This document shows, in pieces, positions 1 to 8,266 of a DNA stretch of 32,933 bases. Position numbers and translations under genes: made by a program. Under the pieces are notes generated by a model, which saw nothing but the letters and a program-made list of their open reading frames with translations, was not told where the DNA came from and made no database searches. The DNA comes from a virus (lineage: Duplodnaviria; Caudoviricetes), in IMG/VR virus record IMGVR_UViG_3300046710_000106, positions 1-32,933 of that record; one strand, given 5' to 3'. Numbering within the stretch: the stretch's first letter is position 1; each line of letters opens with the position of its first letter.

Positions 1-1
1 C

Positions 2-73
2 GCCAACTCGTCACTCGGGAACAGCGCAGATTACTACGCGAGAATTCGGGTTACGAACGTTTCGTTCAGCTAA
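2..73 (+). CDS. gp23: Major capsid protein, C-terminal fragment (T4 gp23-like, partial)
   Basis: Frame 2 reads ANSSLGNSADYYARIRVTNVSFS*, matching the SSLGNxxDY..I.V.N C-terminus of gp23-like capsid proteins; a strong terminator follows. Confidence 0.8.
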   Translation, partial: ANSSLGNSADYYARIRVTNVSFS

Positions 74-77
74 TCAA

Positions 78-92
78 CGCGGCTTCGGCCGC
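78..92 (+). other. UUCG-tetraloop hairpin just after the capsid stop codon
   Basis: GCGGC-TTCG-GCCGC stem-loop; cUUCGg loops are common in T4-type intergenic regions. Confidence 0.6.
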
Positions 93-111
93 TTGACAAA
101 AAGCTCTCAAG

Positions 112-140
112 AGGGTCCTGGAAACAGGACCCTTTTTCTT
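112..140 (+). terminator. Rho-independent terminator
   Basis: AGGGTCCTG-GAAA-CAGGACCCT followed by TTTTCTT. Confidence 0.85.
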
Positions 141-163
141 TGCCCGGAAGATAAAATTAGTGT

Positions 164-763
164 ATGCAAAAGCGAGAGCGTACCTGTGTCTGTTGTGGTA
201 AAGTTGAGTCGACCTTCTCACAGGTTGATCGCTGTTCGGATTGCAAGTGGATCCAACAGCGTACTGCCGCTGCGGTATCAGAACGTGAGAAACTCGAAAG
301 CATCGGATACACCGACATTGAAGGTCCAGTGCTTCAACAAACACTTCATCGTTCCTGGATCTTCACCCATACCTGTGGGACGCGACAGACATGGCGATTT
401 GGCAACATCCTAAAACAGTTGAGCCTCCGCCCAGACTCCGTACCTTGCAAAACCTGTGGTGGTAAAGAACGCATATCAAAAGCCATGGCCGCCTTTGTCG
501 AAAAGTACGGTCGTGACTTTGACATTCAGAAGTGGGTTGACTACCGGCAAACCGTGCGTAAGCTCACCGAAGCAACGTACAAGAAGTACAAAGCAGACAT
601 CAATCCCTTGAACCTAAAACGAGGCATGCGTACATTTCATCTTGATCATAGAATACCTATCATTCAGGGGTTTGTTTCCGGTCTGCCGCCTGAGGTTCTT
701 GCCGCACGCGAGAATCTACAAATTTTGCCGGCATTTGACAACATCTCAAAGGGACGAAAATGA
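164..763 (+). CDS. Free-standing HNH homing endonuclease with Cys-rich N-terminus
   Basis: C-terminal HLDHRIP...ENLQILPAFDNISKG HNH-type motif; CxxC pairs at the N-terminus. Confidence 0.75.
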   Translation: MQKRERTCVCCGKVESTFSQVDRCSDCKWIQQRTAAAVSEREKLESIGYTDIEGPVLQQTLHRSWIFTHTCGTRQTWRFGNILKQLSLRPDSVPCKTCGGKERISKAMAAFVEKYGRDFDIQKWVDYRQTVRKLTEATYKKYKADINPLNLKRGMRTFHLDHRIPIIQGFVSGLPPEVLAARENLQILPAFDNISKGRK

Positions 764-1047
764 AGTACATGAAACACCCATATACTGGAAAGGTGAAAGC
801 TGTTCACGCTGGGTTCTCATGGACCTCACTATTCTTTGGTGCATTTCCTGCATTATTTCGAGGTGATTTTGCAAACTTCTTTTTATGTTGGGGCATTGCC
901 ATACTTGGAGCAATGATTATTGCTGTGGCTGCGCCTACATTTGCATTTCTTTGGGGATTTGTTTTTCAAGTGGCGTGGGCATTCCTGTACAACAATATGC
1001 ACGAGGCCCGGTTGCTGAACGCTGGCTATGTTCTGATGACACTTTAG
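760..1047 (+). CDS. Small membrane protein (DUF2628-like)
   Basis: GFSWTSLFFGAFPALFRGD motif, hydrophobic helices, LLNAGY C-terminus; ATGA overlap with the upstream gene. Confidence 0.6.
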   Translation: MKYMKHPYTGKVKAVHAGFSWTSLFFGAFPALFRGDFANFFLCWGIAILGAMIIAVAAPTFAFLWGFVFQVAWAFLYNNMHEARLLNAGYVLMTL

Positions 1048-1054
1048 GAAAATT

Positions 1055-1309
1055 ATGAAAAACTTCAAATCAAAGTGCCTTGCTTTTTTCACACGCGGGA
1101 CGTTCAAGCTCCCAGATGCTCTACCAACAGAGCCTGTGGTAGAACTCCCGTTGACCGATGTTCCAGGTTTACGTATTGAAAATATCTTCCTGTTCACACG
1201 AGAAGGTATGTTCTACCTGGTAGATAGTGAAGGCGGAAAACACGCGCCGTCACTGGTCCCAGATGGGGATGATGCCTCCAAACTGGTCTTCACCAGAATG
1301 CGTGACTGA
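1055..1309 (+). CDS. Hypothetical protein
   Basis: 84-aa ORF with AGGA SD, tightly packed. Confidence 0.55.
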   Translation: MKNFKSKCLAFFTRGTFKLPDALPTEPVVELPLTDVPGLRIENIFLFTREGMFYLVDSEGGKHAPSLVPDGDDASKLVFTRMRD

Positions 1310-1332
1310 TCGTTACACCGTTACAGATTGGG

Positions 1333-1361
1333 TGTACACACCGTTGGGGGTGTGCTATAAT
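1333..1361 (+). promoter_or_regulatory. Sigma70-type early promoter
   Basis: TGTACA (1333-1338), 17 nt, TATAAT (1356-1361) with extended TG; preceded by CGTTACA-C-CGTTACA. Confidence 0.7.
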
Positions 1362-1367
1362 TCATCC

Positions 1368-1733
1368 ATGCTTAAACACTCTGACTTCCTCCTAGCCGCC
1401 CAGGTCTTAGCTGGTTCCATCACCGATGCCCTCAAAGATGAGGATGAGGGTTACTTCCCCGAGGTCACGGTTGAACGTGACGAGCGTGATGTTGATCGTG
1501 AAGACGCTGGCGCGGTGATCAAGTTCATGCAGAATGGGTGCACCATTTCAATCTTCGTCAGCAAGTTCTGGCGGCATGAAGGTCAGATCTGCTACTTCGT
1601 GAATGTGAATCACCCGAACGGAAACTTCTCTTGCCAGTCCGGCACGAACAACCTCTTTCGCGCTACGATGAACGTTGGTTCTGCGATGAACTACGCGAAC
1701 ATGAGCGGCGACCCAATCCAAATGGAAGATTAA
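1368..1733 (+). CDS. Hypothetical protein (start moved from 1227 to ATG 1368)
   Basis: In-frame ATG directly downstream of the promoter; the upstream extension overlaps the previous gene and the promoter. Confidence 0.6.
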   Translation: MLKHSDFLLAAQVLAGSITDALKDEDEGYFPEVTVERDERDVDREDAGAVIKFMQNGCTISIFVSKFWRHEGQICYFVNVNHPNGNFSCQSGTNNLFRATMNVGSAMNYANMSGDPIQMED

Positions 1734-1743
1734 AGGAGTCATC

Positions 1744-1917
1744 ATGAGTAACGCTAAATGGGTTCCCGCCGTCGGCGAACTGTTCTACATCAAGCATTTG
1801 AATGTCATTCAAGAAGCCGTTCGAAACGGTGTTGGTGACACGATCGCGGTTGTGAAGCGCGTGGACAAATCCTACGACGATGACCGTGAGAGCGATATCC
1901 TTTTTCGTGAGCTATAA
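1744..1917 (+). CDS. Small hypothetical protein (57 aa), possibly truncated by the GGDEF cassette insertion
   Basis: AAGGAG SD and ATG 1744; MSNAKWVPAVGELFYIKH...ILFREL*; below the ORF-track cutoff; contains the left TGACCGTG repeat. Confidence 0.55.
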   Translation: MSNAKWVPAVGELFYIKHLNVIQEAVRNGVGDTIAVVKRVDKSYDDDRESDILFREL

Positions 1918-2086
1918 ATATCTGAATAACGCAGCTTCGGGATTGCACTCGAAGGATTTACTCATCTACCCAGTGGGTGCCTGCAGAATAGACTGGGACA
2001 GATTTTCAGGTTAGTGCCGTTACATCGTTACAACTTGGTTTTACGTGACGCGTTATGATGGCCCTACTTATAATGAGAGGACTCTA

Positions 2087-3193
2087 ATGCTAACTTCAAT
2101 CAAGCGCTGGCTGGCACCACCTATTTTTGATGGCGCGGAGGAGAAAACCCGTCAGGCGAGTTTGATGAACATGGTCTGCATCACCTGCCTGGCATTTACA
2201 TTGGTTGTCATGACAGGCGCGGCACTCGGCGGGAAAAACCCCTTGAGCACCTTGATCATCGACCTGGCTGCATGCGCCGGAATCCTGCAGTTTCGGCGAT
2301 GGCTGCACCATGGTAGGGTGCTGCTGGTGCGGCTTGGAATGGTGATCTTCGGTCTTATCTTCATCACCACGGCTATTGCCAACATAGGAACCATTCGTAC
2401 ACCGACGGCTTCAATCTTGCTGTTTTGGGTGCTCATGACTGGCTTGATCTTTGGACGGCGCGGCAATGTGTTCGGCACCGTTGCCGCCTCGCTGGTGGTG
2501 ATGGGCTTGATCATGGCCGAGAATGCTGGCTGGTTAAGGCCGCCCTCTTATGACGTTTGTCTGACACAGTGGGTCACCTTCACCGCCCTATTCAGCTTCA
2601 CCAGTGGCCTCACCTATTACATCAACCAAGGTACAAAAAATACGCTGGCGCTTGCACAGCGCCTACAGGTTGAACTACATGAACAGGTAATTCATGATCC
2701 GCTGACCGGGCTTTATAACCGCCGCCATCTGAGCGAGGTGCTGACCCGTGAAATGGTACAGGCCCACCGCGCGAACACCGCCCTTGCCTTTGTCATGGTT
2801 GACATTGATCACTTCAAAGACGTAAATGACACCTTTGGGCACCAGACTGGCGACGAAGTCCTGGTGCAGGTCGCCAGTCTCCTGAAAACCCATGCCCGTG
2901 GTTCTGACATTGCGTGTCGGTACGGCGGTGAAGAATTCCTGCTGGTCTTCCCAGGAACAAGCTTAGAACAGGCGCAACGGAGAGCAGAAGAAATTCAACA
3001 GAGCTGTGCTGCGCTGAGCATCCAACATGAAGGAAAGAATGTTGACATTAGGTTGTCGGTTGGTGTGTCAGTTTATCCTGATCATGGGCTGCTGTGGGAG
3101 CAGATCGTCAGCAAGGCGGACAAGGCGTTGTACCAATCCAAGCGCAACGGGCGCAACCAGGTTACGGTGTTCAACGAAGAGCTGCACGCCTGA
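2087..3193 (+). CDS. Membrane-anchored diguanylate cyclase (GGDEF domain)
   Basis: Several N-terminal TM helices; DPLTGLYNRR, DIDHFKDVNDTFGHQTGD, RxxD I-site (RGSD), RYGGEEF, ADKALYQSKRNGRN. Start at ATG 2087 with GAGAGG SD. Confidence 0.95.
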   Translation: MLTSIKRWLAPPIFDGAEEKTRQASLMNMVCITCLAFTLVVMTGAALGGKNPLSTLIIDLAACAGILQFRRWLHHGRVLLVRLGMVIFGLIFITTAIANIGTIRTPTASILLFWVLMTGLIFGRRGNVFGTVAASLVVMGLIMAENAGWLRPPSYDVCLTQWVTFTALFSFTSGLTYYINQGTKNTLALAQRLQVELHEQVIHDPLTGLYNRRHLSEVLTREMVQAHRANTALAFVMVDIDHFKDVNDTFGHQTGDEVLVQVASLLKTHARGSDIACRYGGEEFLLVFPGTSLEQAQRRAEEIQQSCAALSIQHEGKNVDIRLSVGVSVYPDHGLLWEQIVSKADKALYQSKRNGRNQVTVFNEELHA

Positions 3194-3210
3194 CCGTGGT
3201 GTAGGTTGGT

Positions 3211-3236
3211 GCCGAGGGACCCTAGGGTCCCTCGGC
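3211..3236. repeat. Perfect 26-bp palindrome (possible terminator or protein-binding site)
   Basis: GCCGAGGGACCCTAGGGTCCCTCGGC equals its own reverse complement; no U-tract on either side. Confidence 0.7.
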
Positions 3237-3326
3237 TGGTTAGCACTACAACCTTGATTCAGGATGCCTGTAATCACCACCTGTATACAATCGGCAGATA
3301 AATTCCAAATATCTAGGAGCTCAACC

Positions 3327-3722
3327 ATGATGAATATCCGCCAACGTTCAGTGAACGTCGATCGCAATGAACTGCTCGCCAAGCTGAAGATCAACCTCGA
3401 TCTTCATCGTGTCGAATACCAGGAGGCCTTGGACGAATACCAAGACCGCTTGCTTGCCGATCTGAAGCTCGCCGTGAAGAAGGTGAACAGCACGCAGAAT
3501 CCAACTGAACTGAAGGACTTCCGCTTCAACATTCAGTTCCCACAGAACCATGAAGATGACTTCAAGGACGTGATCGAGATGCTCGAGATGTCGGTGGATC
3601 AGACAATCAACTTGGACGCCGAGTCGTTCAAAGCGTACATCAAGAATGAATGGTCATGGCAGCATCACTTCCGTGCGTCCAAGATGGCGTACGCAACTGT
3701 TGGTTCTTCAATGACCCTTTAA
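3327..3722 (+). CDS. Hypothetical helical phage protein
   Basis: AGGAG SD before ATG 3327; coiled-coil-like sequence. Confidence 0.7.
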   Translation: MMNIRQRSVNVDRNELLAKLKINLDLHRVEYQEALDEYQDRLLADLKLAVKKVNSTQNPTELKDFRFNIQFPQNHEDDFKDVIEMLEMSVDQTINLDAESFKAYIKNEWSWQHHFRASKMAYATVGSSMTL

Positions 3723-3741
3723 GGGCCAAGATAGGTGCATA

Positions 3742-4098
3742 ATGAAACCTAATCACAAGCAAGCGATTGAAGACGCATTTCACAGCTCCAGCAATCTAGC
3801 GCTCGCATATTGGGAAGCGTTGGGGGTCATGGCGTCCATGACCCATCATCCTGGGGCCCTTGAAGAATTCAGACCGCAGTGGGAACCTATCGTGCAGGCG
3901 TGTCTATCTAAGGTCCTTGAGGATCCGGTGGATGAAGGTTCAGTCCCAACGGTTAGACCAAACCCGCTGCGGATGTGTAACATCATTTCACATCGGGGCG
4001 GTATCGATCGGCTTGAACTGGCGGGGGTGAATGGTGAATTCTTCACGCTACAGATTGAAGATGGTAAGCTAGGCATTGTGCGATCGGAGGATCAATGA
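3742..4098 (+). CDS. Hypothetical protein
   Basis: 118-aa ORF in a tightly packed operon. Confidence 0.6.
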   Translation: MKPNHKQAIEDAFHSSSNLALAYWEALGVMASMTHHPGALEEFRPQWEPIVQACLSKVLEDPVDEGSVPTVRPNPLRMCNIISHRGGIDRLELAGVNGEFFTLQIEDGKLGIVRSEDQ

Positions 4099-4277
4099 GC
4101 GCCGCCCGCACAATCACGTTCCAAGAGCTTGCTGATGCGATTGAGGCGGCAACAATTGAGCTAGAGATCAACGTGCCAAGCACCGATTATTATGCGCGAG
4201 CTGGTGACTTCGATACTCGCCATATCTCGATCATCGATCCGCACACGTTGTTGACCCTATTGCGAGGTGATTCATGA
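4095..4277 (+). CDS. Hypothetical protein
   Basis: GGAGG SD, ATGA overlaps at both ends. Confidence 0.6.
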   Translation: MSAARTITFQELADAIEAATIELEINVPSTDYYARAGDFDTRHISIIDPHTLLTLLRGDS

Positions 4278-4576
4278 GCTCTGATTGTATGATCCCCGGT
4301 TCAGACGAGTTCCGTCTTGATGAACTCGATGAGCTAATCATAAAGGAGCGAGCGCAGCTGACGCTGTTGTCACTCCGTGAGCGGGCCGTTCGGGCACGCC
4401 TTGAGAAGTACGTGGCTGAGCTTAAAGAGAAGTGCCCGCACACGATCTTGAAAGCGGAATCGTCATATGATGGTGGTTCATATTATGATCGTGCTACTAC
4501 CAGTCGCTGGAATGTTTGCACCAGATGCGGAACGAGATCTACAGTCAAAACAGAGATGCATTCGTATTATGGCTGA
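4274..4576 (+). CDS. Hypothetical protein with coiled coil and C-terminal CPH...CxxC Zn-ribbon
   Basis: GAGG SD, ATGA overlap, CPH and CTRCG motifs. Confidence 0.6.
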   Translation: MSSDCMIPGSDEFRLDELDELIIKERAQLTLLSLRERAVRARLEKYVAELKEKCPHTILKAESSYDGGSYYDRATTSRWNVCTRCGTRSTVKTEMHSYYG

Positions 4577-5111
4577 TGCGTTTTTGCTTTTCCCAGAGAC
4601 TTTGCGGTATGATAAGGATCTTGGATTCGCCTACGCACGGCGTATAGAGGGAAACCCCAAGCCAAACTTTATACAAGGGAAGGCACTTGAGGGCATGCTC
4701 TGGAAGCACCAGCGCCAGTTCACTGAAGTGATTGAGACTGATGAGAGCCTAGAAAATCAGTGGTGGGATGGATACCTGCCGCTGATTGGCAATGGTGTCA
4801 GGATGGACCCCAAGTCGCGCAACACCGGCACAAGCTCCTTCACCATTTCTGCGAGGGAAAAGATGAAGCAATTAAGCTGCACTGGGCTCTTCATCTGGCC
4901 GCTATACAGAGTTGATGGTAATTTGTTTGTGCGAGATTTTGTACTTGCACGATGCAAGGGAACCGAGCTCATTGGCCCGCCGGGGCCGGAGCCATCTAAG
5001 CACGTGGAATATGGTAAGGAACCTAGCTGGTATTGGCCAACAAAGTATCTGGCTACTCGCGAAACTCTGGCGCTCACCCAGATGAATGAGCTGAACCTTC
5101 TTTCGGGTTGA
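4569..5111 (+). CDS. Hypothetical protein, possible PD-(D/E)XK-like nuclease
   Basis: Start moved to ATG 4569 to overlap the upstream stop; E...WWDG...MDPKS pattern is only weakly nuclease-like. Confidence 0.5.
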   Translation: MADAFLLFPETLRYDKDLGFAYARRIEGNPKPNFIQGKALEGMLWKHQRQFTEVIETDESLENQWWDGYLPLIGNGVRMDPKSRNTGTSSFTISAREKMKQLSCTGLFIWPLYRVDGNLFVRDFVLARCKGTELIGPPGPEPSKHVEYGKEPSWYWPTKYLATRETLALTQMNELNLLSG

Positions 5112-5180
5112 ATACGTAACCCCGCTTGTTACAATTACACATCTCCTGCTGCATATCGTGGCATCTATGGAGAACTAAAA

Positions 5181-5657
5181 ATGGGACAATCGGTTAATAT
5201 GGAAGCGCTAATTGCAAGCGCAATGGAGGGCATGAGCTTTGACTCTGAATGGGTTCTTGACATCCAAGAGATGCATGAAAAGTTTGGTGTCAATCCGATC
5301 ATTCGTGATCTAGACAAAGCGAAGCTCACCACGTACCTGAAGTTCAGACTGGACTTTCTCCAAGAAGAACTTGATGAAGCGAAGAAAGCCGCGACATCTG
5401 GCGACCCAGCACAGGCTGAGGACATCGTCGACGCGATGATCGATCTGTGTGTTGTGGCGATCGGTACGCTTGACGCGTTCGATGTGAATGCTGATCTTGC
5501 TTGGGAACGTGTTCGCTCCAAGAATATGCAGAAGGAACCAGGGATCAAGGCGAGTCGCCCAAACCCGCTGGGGCTGCCCGATCTGATCAAGCCAGAAGGC
5601 TGGACCTCACCAACGCATGCTGACAACGTCGGTTTGCTCTCAAAGATTTTTGAGTAA
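5181..5657 (+). CDS. All-alpha NTP pyrophosphohydrolase (MazG / PRA-PH-like)
   Basis: RLDFLQEELDE...IVDAMIDLCVV...VRSKNMQK...KPEGWTSP. Confidence 0.8.
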   Translation: MGQSVNMEALIASAMEGMSFDSEWVLDIQEMHEKFGVNPIIRDLDKAKLTTYLKFRLDFLQEELDEAKKAATSGDPAQAEDIVDAMIDLCVVAIGTLDAFDVNADLAWERVRSKNMQKEPGIKASRPNPLGLPDLIKPEGWTSPTHADNVGLLSKIFE

Positions 5658-5678
5658 CCTATTCGTCGGTGCAACGGC

Positions 5679-5978
5679 ATGAAAAATTCATTCAATGAAC
5701 TTACACCCGCGCAAGCCGAAAGGCTTGCGATCCTACTTGAGGAGATGGGTGAGGCGCAGCAAGCAATTGGTAAGATCCTTCGGCACGGATACGCAAGTCA
5801 GAATCCAGATATTCTGGACGGGCCAACCAATCGTGAAAGTCTAGAGCGTGAACTCGGTGATGTGGCGGCGGCAATGGGGCTGATGTTCGCAATGAATGAT
5901 CTGAATGAACAGGCAGTAGCCGACAGGGTGCTGGTCAAATCGCTGAAGATCAAACCATATCTGCACCATCAGGCGTAA
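5679..5978 (+). CDS. MazG-like nucleotide pyrophosphohydrolase
   Basis: LLEEMGEAQQAIGKILRHG...LERELGDV (EExxE...ExxD). Confidence 0.75.
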   Translation: MKNSFNELTPAQAERLAILLEEMGEAQQAIGKILRHGYASQNPDILDGPTNRESLERELGDVAAAMGLMFAMNDLNEQAVADRVLVKSLKIKPYLHHQA

Positions 5979-6029
5979 TTTCGCCATCCAACCCCAAGGC
6001 TAAATAGGGCTTCAGATCAAGGGTTACCC

Positions 6030-6944
6030 ATGCGCGATTTTTCCATTGTAAACATCTCACCATCAACGAATCCAGTGATTCCAGCGGTGTTTGAGATCAG
6101 CTTTGACCAGACACCTAGCTTTCACGGCAAAGAGTGGATTGACGGGGCCGGTACCAGATATCCGTTCTACACGTACGACACAATTCCGCCGCCGCCAATT
6201 GGCACCGGAATTTTGCTCGCTACGACGTTTGAAGTAGTTGACAACCTGTTGTTCAACGGGCGCTACACGGTCTTTACGAAGGCAACTGCTGGTGGGCTTG
6301 CATCGAGCGAGGTCAATGGCGCAGGAAATACCATAATTCGGGTGAATGAAGCCATGGGTACACCAACCCCGGCAGATCTTGTTCAGCACCCAGGCGCCCT
6401 CACCAGTGGGCGAATCACCGCGATATCCACGTTCGTGCTGAACGTATTCGGTGAAAACGCGTTGGTGGTACTTGAGCAACAGAATATTCAAACACGCCCG
6501 GTTGAATTCACTGGGCACCGCACAAGTGGTTGGGGTGAAGTTCTGTTCCAGAACATGGTGAACAACACTCAGAACTACGCTGGTAGCACCGCCCCAGCAA
6601 ACCCATTCGTGGGCCAGCTCTGGTATGATACCTCAAATGATCTGCTTATGATCCGGCAGTTCGCCAGCTGGACAATTGTGAACTCGACATATTTTGGGCG
6701 TCCACCGTTCTATTTTGAACAGAACACCCTTCCAATAGAGTCGCCACCTGGTTCATATGTCTGGACTGTGAATCACAATCTAGGGTTGGCAGCGCCTTAT
6801 GTTTGTTCAGCCGCGTTCTTTGTTGACATTGGTGGTGGGGTGCATAAGTCAATTCTTCCGAGCGATATCACGTTTGTGAACCCAAATACCTTTACAGCTA
6901 CATTCTCGGTTGCATACAAAGGTCGAGCAATAGTCCGACCATAA
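6030..6944 (+). CDS. Virion structural protein (fibre/baseplate-associated)
   Basis: TAAATA late motif at 6001; GWGEVLFQN...YAGSTAPANPFVGQLWYDT and WTVNHNLG motifs typical of jumbo-phage virion proteins. Confidence 0.65.
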   Translation: MRDFSIVNISPSTNPVIPAVFEISFDQTPSFHGKEWIDGAGTRYPFYTYDTIPPPPIGTGILLATTFEVVDNLLFNGRYTVFTKATAGGLASSEVNGAGNTIIRVNEAMGTPTPADLVQHPGALTSGRITAISTFVLNVFGENALVVLEQQNIQTRPVEFTGHRTSGWGEVLFQNMVNNTQNYAGSTAPANPFVGQLWYDTSNDLLMIRQFASWTIVNSTYFGRPPFYFEQNTLPIESPPGSYVWTVNHNLGLAAPYVCSAAFFVDIGGGVHKSILPSDITFVNPNTFTATFSVAYKGRAIVRP

Positions 6945-6962
6945 ATGTGATATAATCATGGT

Positions 6963-7280
6963 ATGCAGCTGTGTACCATATTCACATGGATTCGAAACCT
7001 GGGTTCACATCATGAACCGGTACCGCTGCCTCCATTAGCTGCGTCACCAAGAGAGGTTTCAATGTCACCAATTTCAGTTGAACGTATTGAGTTCATCAAG
7101 GCCAGGCTGCAGGTTCTTGGGGGTATTCGTAAGACCCTCACACGGCGCCAAGCGTATTATGTGCAGTCGATTGGAGTGGATCAACATTCCTTTGCCTTGG
7201 CCCAAGCCGCTGTTCGGAGTGAGGAGCTCTCGCTCACAGTTGAGTATGATGTGCTGGTCGAATTTGGAGTTGCCCCATGA
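6963..7280 (+). CDS. Hypothetical protein (alternative start 7062)
   Basis: Extended -10 TGATATAAT at 6948-6956; ATGA overlap with the Nudix gene. Confidence 0.5.
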   Translation: MQLCTIFTWIRNLGSHHEPVPLPPLAASPREVSMSPISVERIEFIKARLQVLGGIRKTLTRRQAYYVQSIGVDQHSFALAQAAVRSEELSLTVEYDVLVEFGVAP

Positions 7281-7687
7281 AACTCGCTGCGTGCGTTTTG
7301 GTTCCTGGTTCCGACTGCCGCGTGCTTTCAGTATCACGAAGGAATGAGTTCACTCGTTGGGGCTTGCCAGGTGGCAAGGTTGATGAGCATGAATCAAGCC
7401 TTGAAGCTGCACAGCGGGAGGCCTCAGAGGAGGTCGGCTTACTTGGTGGCTCCTGCCAATACCTGCCGCTGTTCAGCGGGGTTTGCCCTGGTGAGGTCAC
7501 ATACTGGGTGACCACTTACCTGTGGGTTGGAGACCCGGTTCTTCTGGAAGAGCTTTGTGTTGAGTCAGGCTTGGCCATGGGTTGGAAGTCATGGGTACAG
7601 CTCTGTGATCAAACAATTTCACCGTTCGCCGGGTATAACACCAAGGTTGCACTGGCGTATGCTGAGTACCTAAGAGGGTCGCTATGA
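7277..7687 (+). CDS. Nudix hydrolase
   Basis: Nudix box GGKVDEHESSLEAAQREASEEVGL. Confidence 0.9.
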   Translation: MKLAACVLVPGSDCRVLSVSRRNEFTRWGLPGGKVDEHESSLEAAQREASEEVGLLGGSCQYLPLFSGVCPGEVTYWVTTYLWVGDPVLLEELCVESGLAMGWKSWVQLCDQTISPFAGYNTKVALAYAEYLRGSL

Positions 7688-8259
7688 GCGCTAATCTAAC
7701 CAAGGTCTTTGTAGTCGACGTCGAGGCCACATGTTGGGAAACCCCTGAAGAGCAGGGAACGCAGCCGAATGAGGTCATTGAGATCGGAATCTGTGAACTC
7801 AATGTCAAGACCGGCAAGATTGACAATGGATCATCATACGTCATTCAACCTCGATTCACAAAGGTGTCAGCGTTCTGCACGCAGCTCACGGGCTGGACCC
7901 AAGAGGCCGTGGATAATGGTGGGTTGATCATTCCCACGCTGCAGCAGATTGAGAAAGACTATGGGCTCACGAAGAATCACCTCTGGTTCTCATGTGGCGA
8001 GTACGATAGGATCAAGCTTGGATGTCAGGGTGGTGGGTCACTTGGCGTGTTGTACGGGGTGCCAAGAAGTGAAAATCCATTTGATCGGATGCGGCATGTG
8101 AACATCAAGACCCTTTTTGCCTTGAAGCACAAGCTTCCACGTGAGCTTGGGATGGCTAAGATGCTGAACAAGCTTGGTGAGAAGCTTGAAGGGCGGCATC
8201 ATAACGGCTGCGACGATGCGCTGAATATCGCAAAGATCGTGAAGCACATTTTGTTTTAG
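7684..8259 (+). CDS. DEDDh 3'-5' exonuclease (ERI-1/KapD-like)
   Basis: VVDVEATCW, EVIEIG, CGEYD, HHNGCDDALN. Confidence 0.9.
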   Translation: MSANLTKVFVVDVEATCWETPEEQGTQPNEVIEIGICELNVKTGKIDNGSSYVIQPRFTKVSAFCTQLTGWTQEAVDNGGLIIPTLQQIEKDYGLTKNHLWFSCGEYDRIKLGCQGGGSLGVLYGVPRSENPFDRMRHVNIKTLFALKHKLPRELGMAKMLNKLGEKLEGRHHNGCDDALNIAKIVKHILF

Positions 8260-8266
8260 GATTGAT

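Noticed and set aside
1918-2086. c-di-GMP riboswitch upstream of the DGC
   Set aside because: No recognisable class I or class II consensus by eye; only a weak CCCAGT/ACTGGG stem.
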